DNA of 64,000 nt from an uncultured bacterium (GCA_963825135.1 CAWGRW010000009.1:2560001-2624000), one strand, 5' to 3'. Positions 22,404 through 33,253 are shown, counted from the first letter of the stretch. Numbers and translations are program-made. Notes: generated by a model not told the origin, from the sequence alone.

Positions 22404-22739
22404 ATGCCTAACAATCATGTGCAGCTCGATCGCGTTTTTTATGCCCTGTCGGACCCGACCCGTCGCGCCGTTTTGACACGGCTCAGCGACGGCCCCGCTC
22501 CCGTGAGCGAATTGGCGCGACCCTTCGACATGGCGCTGCCCTCATTCACCCAGCATTTGGGAGTTCTCGAGGAGTGCGGGCTGGTCCGCTCGCAAAAACG
22601 GGGACGGGTGCGTACCTATGTGTTGACGCCGGAACCGTTGAAAACAGCGGAACACTGGATCGAGAAGCGGCGCGTGCTTTGGGAGCTGCGCCTGGATCAA
22701 TTGGACAATTTCCTGATATCGTTAAAGGAGAAAAAGTGA
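22404..22739 (+). CDS. ArsR/SmtB family regulator
   Basis: [25 protein letters not shown]. Confidence 0.92.
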   Translation: MPNNHVQLDRVFYALSDPTRRAVLTRLSDGPAPVSELARPFDMALPSFTQHLGVLEECGLVRSQKRGRVRTYVLTPEPLKTAEHWIEKRRVLWELRLDQLDNFLISLKEKK

Positions 22740-23239
22740 TGACTCATACAAAATTCAAACCCGATCCCGGGCTCGATCTCGTATTGGAGCGCATCGTCGA
22801 TGTGCCGAGAGAGCTCGTCTGGAAGGCGTGGACGACACCGGAATACCTGATGAAATGGTTCACGCCCGCACCCTGGATGACGGTCGAATGCGAGATCGAT
22901 CTCCGCCCCGGCGGGCTATTCCGCACGGTTATGCGTTCGCCGGAGGGGAAAGATCATCCGAATACCGGCTGTTACCTCGAAGTCGTCGAGAACGAGAAGC
23001 TCGTCTGGACCGATGCGCTCGAAGGCGGCTACAGGCCTTCCCAGAAGCCGAGCGACTGCCTCGCAGGATTCTTCTTTACCGCGAAAATCATTCTGGAGCC
23101 GCATAAAGACGGGACGAAATACACAGTTATTGCCCTTCACAGCAATGAAGAAGGGCGCAGAAAACACGAAGAGATGGGATTTCACGACGGATGGGGCACA
23201 GCCCTCGATCAGCTAGTTGCCTTTGTAAAAACACTGTAG
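22739..23239 (+). CDS. SRPBCC/AHSA1 family protein
   Basis: [32 protein letters not shown]; start overlaps the ArsR stop. Confidence 0.9.
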   Translation: MTHTKFKPDPGLDLVLERIVDVPRELVWKAWTTPEYLMKWFTPAPWMTVECEIDLRPGGLFRTVMRSPEGKDHPNTGCYLEVVENEKLVWTDALEGGYRPSQKPSDCLAGFFFTAKIILEPHKDGTKYTVIALHSNEEGRRKHEEMGFHDGWGTALDQLVAFVKTL

Positions 23240-23370
23240 AGATCAAAGTAGGCCGCCGATCAGCCGCTTTCATCTTCTTCGGTTTTATCCCCTTCCCTTA
23301 CGACCGACGGCACGAACGGGACCGGCCGGGGTACGGCGGACATGCTATTTTATCCGCGCATGACATGTTT

Positions 23371-24939
23371 TTATAAATCATTTCCGGAATAAGACAAATT
23401 GAAACTTTTATTAATCAGGGGGAAATCGGGTACCACATTCCCCTTCCCCGCGTGACCCAATATGGTCCAGTTTATAAACGATGGGTCGCGCACGTCTACC
23501 CTGCTTATCTCACCGGCCGCATCCGTCGCTACAAAATAAACGATATCGCCCCGCCATCCTTCCGTCACTCCGACGCCGTAGCTGCTGCTCCTCAATACCA
23601 TTTTTTCGCCGGATTTTAGTTCGTTGTTCAAAGGAATGCTCCCGAGCGCCTGCTCTATAATATCCATGGAAGTATGCACTTCCTTGATACGCACGGACCA
23701 TCTGGCCCGCACATCCCCTTCTTCTTCCAGGACGATCTCAAATTTTAATTTGTCGTATGCCGCGTAGGGGTATTCAGCGCGCGCATCGTGCGCGATCCCG
23801 GTTGCCCTGGCGGCTACGCCGATAACACCGTGGTCGAGGGCTATCTGACGGTCGAGCTTGCCGGTGCCCGAAAGGCGGTTCAGGAGAGAGAAGCTGCTTT
23901 CGGCAATTTCAATCACTTCGTGAAAATCACGGTGTACTTTTTTTAGATCGCTTAATAGTCCACCGCTCATCTCGCTCGTGATATCCCGCGTCACCCCGCC
24001 GATCGTATTTATGCCCCGTAAGAAACGGTTTCCTGCAAGACGCTCACAGCATTGCATAATGATTTCGCGAAGACGCGCACCGTTACTGCCGCCGAAATTA
24101 TAGCCGGCGTCCAGCATAACGAGACCGATATCGCTCAAGTGGTTTGCCAGTCTCTCCAACTCGGAAAAAACAACTCTCAGATACTTTGCCCTTTCCGGAA
24201 TCTTAATGCCGGACAGGTTTTCCACGGCCTGACAAAATGCCAGCGAATGAGTGAACGAAGTGTCTCCCGAAACCCTCTCGGATAATCTGATCTTGTCTCC
24301 CATCGTTAAAACCTCGAAGAGTTTTTCGGCGCCTTTGTGTGTATATCCAAGCTTCGGCTCGAGCGACGCTATTTCCTCTCCGACGACGTTGAATCGGAAG
24401 TGCCCGGGTTCAATGATGCCGGCGTGCACGGGCCCTACGGGAATTTCATAAATTCCCATTCCTTCGACCTTGTGGAATTCATACGATGCGTGCGCCTGCG
24501 GCGGACGGTCCCGCCAGTTAAAATCTTTTCTCAGCGGGAAAACCGTATCAGGCCAATTTTCGTGAAGAATGATCGGCCGCGGATGGGGGTGCTTTGTCGG
24601 TTTTAAACCGAAAAAGGTCTCGATCTTCCTTTCGTAACCGGAAGCCTCGTGAATAGCTCTGGTGATTGAGGGAAAATTTCCATGGTCCGTGAGGGTTATG
24701 TAGGGGACGAGAAAAACATTCTCCTTCGGCACGCCAAACACATAATAGATCTTGAAACCTCCGTCTTCACTCCGTTCGTCCGCCGCGGTTATCGTTTTGA
24801 GCTGTAACGCGTGAGCGAAATAGAGCCGGTTGGCGATCTCCGGTATTTCATCAACAGGAACATTATAGGCAGCGACGTTGCCCTCTTTTCTCATCTCATA
24901 TTTAGCGGGAATATATTTTTCTATTATTTCTCGTTTCAT
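23371..24939 (-). CDS. Ehr large subunit (HyfG/HycE-like NuoC-D fusion) lacking NiFe-binding CxxC motifs
   Basis: VGPVHAGIIEPGHFRF, GYTHKG; L1 site reads ERVSGDTS and L2 site reads SFNLSYSGNDL. Confidence 0.9.
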   Translation of the reverse strand: MKREIIEKYIPAKYEMRKEGNVAAYNVPVDEIPEIANRLYFAHALQLKTITAADERSEDGGFKIYYVFGVPKENVFLVPYITLTDHGNFPSITRAIHEASGYERKIETFFGLKPTKHPHPRPIILHENWPDTVFPLRKDFNWRDRPPQAHASYEFHKVEGMGIYEIPVGPVHAGIIEPGHFRFNVVGEEIASLEPKLGYTHKGAEKLFEVLTMGDKIRLSERVSGDTSFTHSLAFCQAVENLSGIKIPERAKYLRVVFSELERLANHLSDIGLVMLDAGYNFGGSNGARLREIIMQCCERLAGNRFLRGINTIGGVTRDITSEMSGGLLSDLKKVHRDFHEVIEIAESSFSLLNRLSGTGKLDRQIALDHGVIGVAARATGIAHDARAEYPYAAYDKLKFEIVLEEEGDVRARWSVRIKEVHTSMDIIEQALGSIPLNNELKSGEKMVLRSSSYGVGVTEGWRGDIVYFVATDAAGEISRVDVRDPSFINWTILGHAGKGNVVPDFPLINKSFNLSYSGNDL

Positions 24940-24943
24940 GGTA

Positions 24944-26389
24944 TTAGTAATTTATTGTCGCTGAATGTAACAACGTCCGCATACCCTCCGGGATGAAAAT
25001 GCTGAAAATGATTAAAAGAGTGGCCAGAAGCATAATGGGGACGATTGTATCCAATCCGCTCTCGCCCTTTGCCATGGGTATGTCGCTGTTTCCAAACGTG
25101 ATCGAGACGACGTGCCGCAAAAAACCGACAAATACCAGGGCCAGCACCGATAAAGTAATGATCACGGTTGCCGGATGCGTATTAATGCCCGCCGACAATA
25201 TTGAAAATTCGGTTAAAAAAGTCCCGAACGGAGGAACGCCGGTGATCGCCAAAAATCCGATAAAAAACAGTATGCCGGTCACAGGCAGGACCGTAAGAAC
25301 GCCTTTCACATTTCTTATTTTTGTGGAACCGTATTTCACTAATATATTGCCCGCCGATAAGAATAGAACCGATTTTGTCAGCGCGTGGTAGATCATATGG
25401 AGCAGAGCCGCGAATGCCCCCGCGCCACCGAACCCGAACCCCAGGGCGACGATCCCCATGTGCTCAATGCTGGAATACGCCAGCAGCCGTTTATAGCTCT
25501 TTTGACTAAAGATGATAAAAGCCGCGACGGATATCGAGATGACGCCGAAAAATACGAGCAGCTCCCGGGAAAAATACGGGCCTATAGCTACATCGACAAC
25601 GGATTTGAACCGCAGAAGTGCGAGAAAAGCGACATTAAGCAATACGCCTGAAAGCAGGCTGCTGATCGGTGCCGGGGCTTTACTGTGGGCATCCGGCAGC
25701 CATGTATGCATGGGAACCAGACCGACTTTTGTGCCGTATCCGATTAAAATAAAAATGAATGCCATCTTGGCTATAAACGGATCAAGCGCTGAAGCATGGG
25801 ATAACATGTCGTGCCAACTGATCAATCCCGGAGAACCGGCATGTATGGACGGATAGAGGAAAAGGAAGGTGCCGAAAAATCCCAACAATAGTCCGACCGA
25901 ATTAATCATCAAATATTTCCAGGCTGCTTCAATCGCAGACGGCTTGTTGTAGAAGCTGATAAGGAACGCTGTGGAGAGCGTGGTCGCTTCAATCGCAATC
26001 CAGGTCAAAATGGGGCTCGTGGACATAACTGCAAAAAACATCGCCAGGAGGAATAAGTGCAACAGAATAAAATATTGCCGTACCCTGCTGAATCCTATGA
26101 TCCTTTTCGCCACCTCAAGTTTTAGATAGCCGGTCGAGTACCATGACGCCATGGCGCCTACGACTGCGACAAGCATGATTATGACCGCCCCCAGCGGGTC
26201 GACGAAGAAATAGCCGTTTAAGCGATATAAGCCGCTGCTCACGACCGAGGCGACCGTTACCAGCGTCGCCGCCAATTCCAGGAAAGAGGCGGAGACAGCG
26301 ATAAAGCTCAACACCCGCATATCTTTCTTCACAAAGAAAGATGCGACGGAGGCGATAATCGGTATGATGATAATTAAAAATAAGGCCAA
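24944..26389 (-). CDS. hyfF: HyfF-like proton-translocating antiporter-type subunit
   Basis: EATTL, EAAWKY, GTKVGLVPMHTWLPDAHS, KRLLAYSSIEH. Confidence 0.88.
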   Translation of the reverse strand: MALFLIIIIPIIASVASFFVKKDMRVLSFIAVSASFLELAATLVTVASVVSSGLYRLNGYFFVDPLGAVIIMLVAVVGAMASWYSTGYLKLEVAKRIIGFSRVRQYFILLHLFLLAMFFAVMSTSPILTWIAIEATTLSTAFLISFYNKPSAIEAAWKYLMINSVGLLLGFFGTFLFLYPSIHAGSPGLISWHDMLSHASALDPFIAKMAFIFILIGYGTKVGLVPMHTWLPDAHSKAPAPISSLLSGVLLNVAFLALLRFKSVVDVAIGPYFSRELLVFFGVISISVAAFIIFSQKSYKRLLAYSSIEHMGIVALGFGFGGAGAFAALLHMIYHALTKSVLFLSAGNILVKYGSTKIRNVKGVLTVLPVTGILFFIGFLAITGVPPFGTFLTEFSILSAGINTHPATVIITLSVLALVFVGFLRHVVSITFGNSDIPMAKGESGLDTIVPIMLLATLLIIFSIFIPEGMRTLLHSATINY

Positions 26390-26393
26390 CGAA

Positions 26394-27053
26394 TTATTCC
26401 TCTTTTAAATGTTTTAGCACACTCACATTAAGCGAGCCGAAGTGCCGGTATATCATTGACGCAAAAACGGTCGCGATAACGACCCAGATAAAAATATCGA
26501 ACAGAATGCCCACTTGCAGCCCGGCAGTCGTCTCAAGCCCGGCCACGTACGCGAATGAAACGATGGCATTTTCCAATGACAAAATACCGACCATCTGGGA
26601 CAGTGCCCCTTTGCGGTTAATAATTAAAAAAATTGATATGAGCACCATCGCTATGGCGAGAGATAAAGCGTTTTCCTTGCCCGGAGCGAGAATAGTCAAC
26701 GGACCGAAAAAGTGCGAGTAGGAAAGCGCGGTTAATAACGCCAGGGCGACCAGCGTCATAGGAGTGTTCAAATAAGTGCTGACGGAAAATTGCAGCCGGT
26801 GTTTTTTAATGAGCCCCGAAAAGAAATACGGGACGATTATCACTTTGACCAAAAAAGTCGCCGCAGCCGCTATCACAAGCAGAAGTGAGTACTCAGTGAG
26901 GGATGAATTGAACAAAACGATAGCAATGATCAATGACTGTGCCGCATAAAGAAGTATTACCCCCGAATTTTTCTTGGCGATGTGCATAAAAACGACCGAT
27001 ACAAACAGCATCGTCTCAAGAAAAAACAATATTTGCGGTGTAATAGAAATCAT
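26394..27053 (-). CDS. hyfE: HyfE-like membrane subunit
   Basis: Hydrophobic; KVIIVP, GILSLENAI, LFDIF; position in operon. Confidence 0.8.
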   Translation of the reverse strand: MISITPQILFFLETMLFVSVVFMHIAKKNSGVILLYAAQSLIIAIVLFNSSLTEYSLLLVIAAAATFLVKVIIVPYFFSGLIKKHRLQFSVSTYLNTPMTLVALALLTALSYSHFFGPLTILAPGKENALSLAIAMVLISIFLIINRKGALSQMVGILSLENAIVSFAYVAGLETTAGLQVGILFDIFIWVVIATVFASMIYRHFGSLNVSVLKHLKEE

Positions 27054-27057
27054 GGTT

Positions 27058-27984
27058 TTAGATAGTCAAACTCATAGCAATGATGCTTAAAATAAACGAT
27101 GTGAACAATAAATCCGGCAGTCTGAAAAACCTGAATTTGACGATAGTGGACTCCAGGACGGCAACGAATACGCTGAACGCAAGAATTTTTGCAAGAAACA
27201 AAATTAAGGCAAGCGGAACATCCCCGAGACGTCCCGATGACGACATCCCCCAGGGGAAGAATATATTTGCTCCCAATGCGAGGAAGATAAAAAACTTATT
27301 TGCCGCCGCCCATTCGATAAGCGCCAGTCTCTTTCCCGAATATTCCAGGACCATTGCTTCGTGGATCATGGTAAGCTCCAGGTGGGTAGCCGGATTATCG
27401 AAGGGGAAGCGCCCCGTTTCGGCAAGCATGGCGATTATAAACGCGGCGAGCGCGAGAGTTATCGGGGCAAAAGCGAAAAACGAAAACGAGGCGACAGCGC
27501 CGGAGATTGTAAAAAGATTCGTGGAATGAGCCGAGAACGCCGGGACGAGAATGGAGAACATCAAACCGCCCTCCGTTAAAGCGGCAACCGTCATTTCACG
27601 GCTTGATCCGAACCCCCCGAAAGCGCTTCCCACATCCATGCCGGCCAGGGCGAGAAAGAAAGTTCCAAGCGCAATCAGATATATTACGACCAGCAGGTCA
27701 CCGAGGACATTGATGGAAAAGATCGTGGTAAAGAGCGGAATGCTCGCTCCTATAATCACGGTGGTCGAAAAAATGAGATAGGGAGCGCATTTGAAAATCC
27801 AGGAAGCGTCCCCGCTTATCACCTCATCCTTATGGAGTAACTTCCACAAGTCCCTATACGGCTGAAATACGCTCGCGCCGACTCTGTTTTGGAATCTCGC
27901 TTTTATCTTTCTGACGACACCTATACACAGAGGCGACACGGCCGGCACGAGTGCTAATTGAATTGTCCAAATTATAATTGACAT
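27058..27984 (-). CDS. hyfC: HyfC/HycD (NuoH-like) membrane subunit
   Basis: QPYRDLWKL, FGGFGSSRE, ETGRFPFDNPATHLELTMIHEAMVLEYSG. Confidence 0.88.
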   Translation of the reverse strand: MSIIIWTIQLALVPAVSPLCIGVVRKIKARFQNRVGASVFQPYRDLWKLLHKDEVISGDASWIFKCAPYLIFSTTVIIGASIPLFTTIFSINVLGDLLVVIYLIALGTFFLALAGMDVGSAFGGFGSSREMTVAALTEGGLMFSILVPAFSAHSTNLFTISGAVASFSFFAFAPITLALAAFIIAMLAETGRFPFDNPATHLELTMIHEAMVLEYSGKRLALIEWAAANKFFIFLALGANIFFPWGMSSSGRLGDVPLALILFLAKILAFSVFVAVLESTIVKFRFFRLPDLLFTSFILSIIAMSLTI

Positions 27985-27991
27985 AGTATTT

Positions 27992-30037
27992 CTACATACC
28001 CGAAGCGAACAGCAGGGCAATGAGTATCGCCAATATGTACAGTACGTACATATTGATATTGCCGCTCTGGATTCTTTTCACGTACTCGGAAGCTTTGATG
28101 GTCAGCATATGCACCGGCTGATAAAAATACCTGTTGTAAATATCCTGAATCCCAAGTTCAATAGTGCTTGATTTTTGAAAATAACGCATATCCTCGTCCC
28201 GATACTCGATGCTCGTTTGTTTAGTCGGCTTGAGCGCCCCGCGGAAAATAGTAACGATAGAGTTGGAGAATCCCGTGGCTGTGATTTCCATTCTCGGGCT
28301 AAGAGTTGTTCCGCAATCCCATGTGCGGCCGATTTTCGTTTTTCTGTTGCGTGAGACGAGATACACGGCAAAAAACGTCAATGCCATGGTTACAATAAGA
28401 CTTGCCAGGATAAGCGGCATTGAAATTGAAGCGAAGCCGTTCCGCATTCCGGCCGTTTGGATGGTTGAAAAGAATGCCGGTTCGGAAGCATTAAAGGCGC
28501 TCAAATCGCTCACAACGCCTGATACTGCATTTGTGATACCGCCCGCCGTAAATCCTATGACCAGAGTAAGAGCCGCGAGAACGGCCATTCCGGCACGAAG
28601 CGCGAAACCCGACTCTCTTGCGCGCCGGACATTCTCACTCCTTGGTCTCGCCAGGAATGTAATTCCGAACGCTCTCACAAAACACATTGCCGCAAGCCCC
28701 CCCGTAAACGCAAGCGATCCCGCCGCCAGCACAAATACCCAGCGCACCGAGATATTCGATGCCATGATTCCGCTAAAAAGAGCCTGAAACGTCATCCATT
28801 CGCTGAAAAAACCGTTCATAGGAGGCAGCGCCGATATCGCCATCGAGCCGGCGAGAAAGAAAAGCGCAGTTTGCGGCATATATTTTATTAAGCCGCCGTA
28901 TTCTTCCATATTTCTGGTATGGGTTTGGGAAATAACGGAACCGGCGCCCAGGAATAATAATGCTTTGAATATCGCATGGTTGAGAGTATGAAAAAGCGCC
29001 GCTACCAGGCTAAGGACGGCCAGCGGCTTCATGTCCAGCGACCAAAACACAAGCGAGCTGCCGAGTCCCAGCAGAATGATCCCGATATTCTCGATGCTGC
29101 TGTAAGCCAGGAGTCTTTTGATATTGTATTCGGTGAGTGCATACAAAACCCCTAACAGCGATGATATAGCGCCCAGTATTAAAATAACGACTCCCCACCA
29201 GAGCGGCGCGTCCGGCAGCATGTCCATGAACATCCGGATAAACATATAGATGCCGGTCTTGATCATCACGCCCGACATCAGGGCGGAGACATGGGACGGG
29301 GCGGCGGGGTGAGCGTTAGGCAGCCAGATGTGAAAAGGGATTATGCCCGCTTTTGTTCCAAACCCTATAAGCGCAAGAATGAAAACCGTATCGGTTATGA
29401 GCGGCGGACTATTTCCGATAGTTTCTTTTATTACGCCAAAGTCCAAAGACCCGGTAGAACGGTACAGGAGTAAAAAAGCCAGCGTTATAAACGCCGTCCC
29501 GACGTGGGTCATAATGAAATAAAGCGATCCCGCTTGCACATTTTCTTTTTCCTTGTTTTCATAAATAACCAGGAAATACGACGCAAGTGACATTATTTCC
29601 CACACGATGAGAAAAAAAAGGGCATTGTGCGCGCTGACCACCATAACCATGCCGACCAGAAAAATATTATAAAAAAAGCCGAGCGCGCCGATGTTATACC
29701 TTTTGTAATAATGCTTTACATATCCCAATGCATAGATTGAAGCGAGTAAAGCGATGAGCGAAATAAGGAAGATGAAAAATGCGGATAATTTATCTACGCT
29801 GAAAGATAACGATAACAGAGGCAGCGTGGAGTCGATGTTAAAAGAAAATGTCGGCCCGACGATCAGCACCGACAGAGAGAACAATAATCCGACACAGGAT
29901 CCGAGAATCGCAAAAGAATTTCCCCACCAGTTTGCCAGGCGGTCATTTTTGCTCAAGGCCAAAGCCCCGACAGCCCCTGCTAACCATAATAGGAGTGACA
30001 GAAAGAATATATTCGATGAGATAAGCGTGTTAAACAT
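27992..30037 (-). CDS. hyfB: HyfB-like antiporter-type subunit
   Basis: WEIMSL, KAGIIPFHIWLPNAHPAAPSHVSALMSG, KRLLAYSSIEN, TWDCG. Confidence 0.9.
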   Translation of the reverse strand: MFNTLISSNIFFLSLLLWLAGAVGALALSKNDRLANWWGNSFAILGSCVGLLFSLSVLIVGPTFSFNIDSTLPLLSLSFSVDKLSAFFIFLISLIALLASIYALGYVKHYYKRYNIGALGFFYNIFLVGMVMVVSAHNALFFLIVWEIMSLASYFLVIYENKEKENVQAGSLYFIMTHVGTAFITLAFLLLYRSTGSLDFGVIKETIGNSPPLITDTVFILALIGFGTKAGIIPFHIWLPNAHPAAPSHVSALMSGVMIKTGIYMFIRMFMDMLPDAPLWWGVVILILGAISSLLGVLYALTEYNIKRLLAYSSIENIGIILLGLGSSLVFWSLDMKPLAVLSLVAALFHTLNHAIFKALLFLGAGSVISQTHTRNMEEYGGLIKYMPQTALFFLAGSMAISALPPMNGFFSEWMTFQALFSGIMASNISVRWVFVLAAGSLAFTGGLAAMCFVRAFGITFLARPRSENVRRARESGFALRAGMAVLAALTLVIGFTAGGITNAVSGVVSDLSAFNASEPAFFSTIQTAGMRNGFASISMPLILASLIVTMALTFFAVYLVSRNRKTKIGRTWDCGTTLSPRMEITATGFSNSIVTIFRGALKPTKQTSIEYRDEDMRYFQKSSTIELGIQDIYNRYFYQPVHMLTIKASEYVKRIQSGNINMYVLYILAILIALLFASGM

Positions 30038-30039
30038 AT

Positions 30040-30579
30040 TTATTGGGCGGCCTTGGCGCGGGAATCGAACATTTCAAGGATTTGCAGCAAGCTGCAAAGT
30101 ATTACTCTTGGAGACGGCGGGTCTCCGGGAATATTAAAATCTACAGGAATGACATTGTGCACTCCGTCCAAAACTCCGTAAGAACCTTTAAAAATGCCTC
30201 CGTCTATCGCGTCATCTCCGACTGCCACGACAATCTTCGGATCAGGAACGGCTTCGTATGTCCTTACCAGCGCTTCTTCCATGTTTCTGGTAACGGGGCC
30301 CGTAACCATCAGCATGTCCGCGTGCCTTGGCGAAGCTACAAAATGGATTCCGAATCTTTCAATGTCGTAATAAGCGTTGCCGAGCGCCGTAAGCTCCTGC
30401 TCGCATGCGTTGGTCGATCCGGCATCTACGGCCCGGATAGCGAGCGAGCCGTGAAATGACCGCCGTACTGCGGCTTCCAGCGTTTTCCCTATAATGTTAA
30501 TGTCCGCATCGCACCCGAGCGACCGAACGTCTATGACCGTCTTCGGTGTCGAAAAAATTTTGTAATAAAGTCTGAACAT
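30040..30579 (-). CDS. Ehr small subunit (HyfI/NuoB-like) with degenerate Fe-S ligands
   Basis: YDIERFGIHFVASPRHAD, VTGPVT; ligand motifs read GSTNACE, VGDDA, IPGDPP. Confidence 0.88.
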   Translation of the reverse strand: MFRLYYKIFSTPKTVIDVRSLGCDADINIIGKTLEAAVRRSFHGSLAIRAVDAGSTNACEQELTALGNAYYDIERFGIHFVASPRHADMLMVTGPVTRNMEEALVRTYEAVPDPKIVVAVGDDAIDGGIFKGSYGVLDGVHNVIPVDFNIPGDPPSPRVILCSLLQILEMFDSRAKAAQ

Positions 30580-30853
30580 TTTCTTACTTGATTAAATCAT
30601 CAGCGCCGACGTCAAAACGCTTTTGCGATTTGTGAAGGGTTTCAATAGTTGTATACGGCATAGTCTTCTGCAGGCTGTACCGTACTGGCGGATCAAATGC
30701 TTTCGTAAGAACGTTCATGGGTGTTAACGCGCGGTTTCCTGATGATTGTTCAGTAAATAAGGTAGTTGTCAAGAGAAACGAAGGAAAATTCACACCGGAA
30801 ACGGATATGCGCGCATGAAATAACCGTGAGCGAAACCGGCTCCCTGCTATTAC

Positions 30854-31681
30854 TCATACGGACGGAATTTGCGTCTGACGACGGAAGAGCCAGGCGGCTG
30901 TCGGCATAGCGGCGAGGGTTATTGCGACGCACCAGACGACCGAGAGCCATCCGGCGTTTCCTATAGGCGTCCCGACTAGCCAGGCGCGCATTGCCTGAAT
31001 CACTATGGTAAACGGCTGGTTCTCTGCGAAGACGCGTAGAGGGGCGGGCATGCCGTCCGTCGGGACGAAGGCGCTCGAAGCGAAGGTCAGGGGCATGATG
31101 ACGATGTAGCTCACCCACTGTGCCGCCTCAATGCTCTTCACGATAAGCCCGAGAATGGCGCAGAACCACGACATGGCGAACGTAAAGAGGAGCAGGAGAC
31201 CGAACACCGCGAGCCATTCGGCAGGCCCCGCCGTCGGACGGAAGCCGACCGCGAAGCCCGCTATGAGCATTATGAGACCCGAGATGGTGTTGCGGAAGAG
31301 GTCTGCGACAACATGACCCGTAAGGAGAGCGGAGCTGTTCATGGGGAGAGAGCGGAACCTGTCCACTATGCCGCGCTTGAGGTCGAGCACGATGTTGACC
31401 GTGGTGTTGCTCGAGCCGAACGCGAGGGTCTCGACGAGTATGCCTGCCAGAAGGAAATTGGGGTAAGAGGTGTCGCCCGTATCGATAGCGCCTCCGAAGA
31501 CGTAGCGGAACAGGATCAGAAACATGACGGGCATGAGGATGAGCGACAGCAGCTGGTCGAGGTTCCTGGTGATGTGCTTGATGCTGCGTTTGGTAAGCAC
31601 CCACGAATCGCTCAGAACCCAATAGATAGCCGGGCGGCGTTCGGGTTCTACCTTCGTAAGTATGGAGGAAATCCGGTCCAT
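30854..31681 (-). CDS. ABC-2 exporter permease (DrrB-like)
   Basis: LFRYVFGGAI, GIVDRFRSLP, FASSAFVP, NQPFT. Confidence 0.9.
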   Translation of the reverse strand: MDRISSILTKVEPERRPAIYWVLSDSWVLTKRSIKHITRNLDQLLSLILMPVMFLILFRYVFGGAIDTGDTSYPNFLLAGILVETLAFGSSNTTVNIVLDLKRGIVDRFRSLPMNSSALLTGHVVADLFRNTISGLIMLIAGFAVGFRPTAGPAEWLAVFGLLLLFTFAMSWFCAILGLIVKSIEAAQWVSYIVIMPLTFASSAFVPTDGMPAPLRVFAENQPFTIVIQAMRAWLVGTPIGNAGWLSVVWCVAITLAAMPTAAWLFRRQTQIPSV

Positions 31682-31685
31682 GGCT

Positions 31686-32657
31686 TCACCTTATCTCCTT
31701 TTCCGTATGACCCTGGTTGGTTTCCGTCGTTGCGGCGTGTCCGGTGAGGGCTAAAAAAACGTCGTCCAGCGTGGGGCGGTGAAGAGATACGCTCTCGACC
31801 TCGACCCCTGCATTCTCGAGACAGTCCAGGATTTCCCTGAGGTCCCGGACGCCGTTTTTGGTCGCGACGCTTATGCTCCGGCGCGGGAGGTCTATGTATA
31901 GCTCATCGGACGTGAAGACTTTCTTCGCGGCCTCGAAATCGCTTGTTCCCGCGATGACGAACTCCAGGTATTCGGACCCCACCCGCGCTTTCAGCTCCGA
32001 AGGCGTGCCCTGTGTTATAACCACCCCTTTGTCTATGACGACGATATCATCGGCGAGCCAGTCGGCCTCTTCCATGTACTGAGTGGTGAGGAGTATCGTG
32101 GTATCGCCCGCGGCGAGTTCCTTGATTATGTCCCACAGGATGAGACGGCTCCTGGGGTCGAGACCCGTTGTAGGCTCGTCGAGGAACAGGATCGAAGGAG
32201 AGGCTATGAGGCTCGCCGCGAGATCGAGCCTCCTCCGCATGCCGCCCGAATATGTCTTCAGCTGACGGGAAGACGCTTCCACGAGGTCGAACTGTTCGAG
32301 CAGGTCTCTCGCTCGGCGTTTGGTATCCGCGTCGCTCAGGCGGTAGAGACGCCCCATCATTTCGAGGTTTTCGAGCCCGGTCAGATATTCGTCCACGGCC
32401 GCGTACTGTCCGGTGAGGCCGATGCTGCTCCGCACCTTGTCGGGCTCGCGGACGACGTCGTAGCCGTTTACGAGCACCCTGCCGCCGTCGGGCTTGAGCA
32501 GTGTGCTGAGGATTCTGACCGTGGTGGTCTTCCCCGCGCCGTTTGGGCCGAGTATTCCCAGGACAGAGCCGCGGCGGACGGCGAAATTAAGGCCCTTCAA
32601 AACCTTTATCGCCCCGTAAGACTTCTTGAGGCCCTCGACTATGATTGAGTTATCCAT
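31686..32657 (-). CDS. ABC exporter ATP-binding subunit (DrrA-like)
   Basis: GPNGAGKTT, YSGGMRRRL, LFLDEPTTGLDP, PTLDDVFL. Confidence 0.93.
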   Translation of the reverse strand: MDNSIIVEGLKKSYGAIKVLKGLNFAVRRGSVLGILGPNGAGKTTTVRILSTLLKPDGGRVLVNGYDVVREPDKVRSSIGLTGQYAAVDEYLTGLENLEMMGRLYRLSDADTKRRARDLLEQFDLVEASSRQLKTYSGGMRRRLDLAASLIASPSILFLDEPTTGLDPRSRLILWDIIKELAAGDTTILLTTQYMEEADWLADDIVVIDKGVVITQGTPSELKARVGSEYLEFVIAGTSDFEAAKKVFTSDELYIDLPRRSISVATKNGVRDLREILDCLENAGVEVESVSLHRPTLDDVFLALTGHAATTETNQGHTEKEIR

Positions 32658-32764
32658 TTTTACGTCGCTGACATCGTAATAGGGTTTTTAAGCGTGCGGG
32701 ACAAGACCCGCAGCCGGGTTGTTAAAGGATGCGTAACTGACACTAATATTCAATTCTTTGAGGG

Positions 32765-33118
<354 letters not shown>

Positions 33119-33253
33119 ATGTCAAAGAACAATAAACTTTAATTATGCGTTGTAACTTATTATTGTAAAATAATTATTGTTTCTATGTTGTCAAGACCGC
33201 CGCTCGGACGGCTATATGGAGAGTGTACACTACTTTCGGGGATATATACAGGA

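Noticed and set aside
23371..24939. Annotation as a functional [NiFe] hydrogenase-4 / formate hydrogenlyase
   Set aside because: Both Ni-binding CxxC motifs are absent, and no maturation or fdh genes are nearby
30584..30793. 69-aa ORF upstream of the Ehr operon
   Set aside because: Overlaps the likely promoter and leader, with no RBS or motif support
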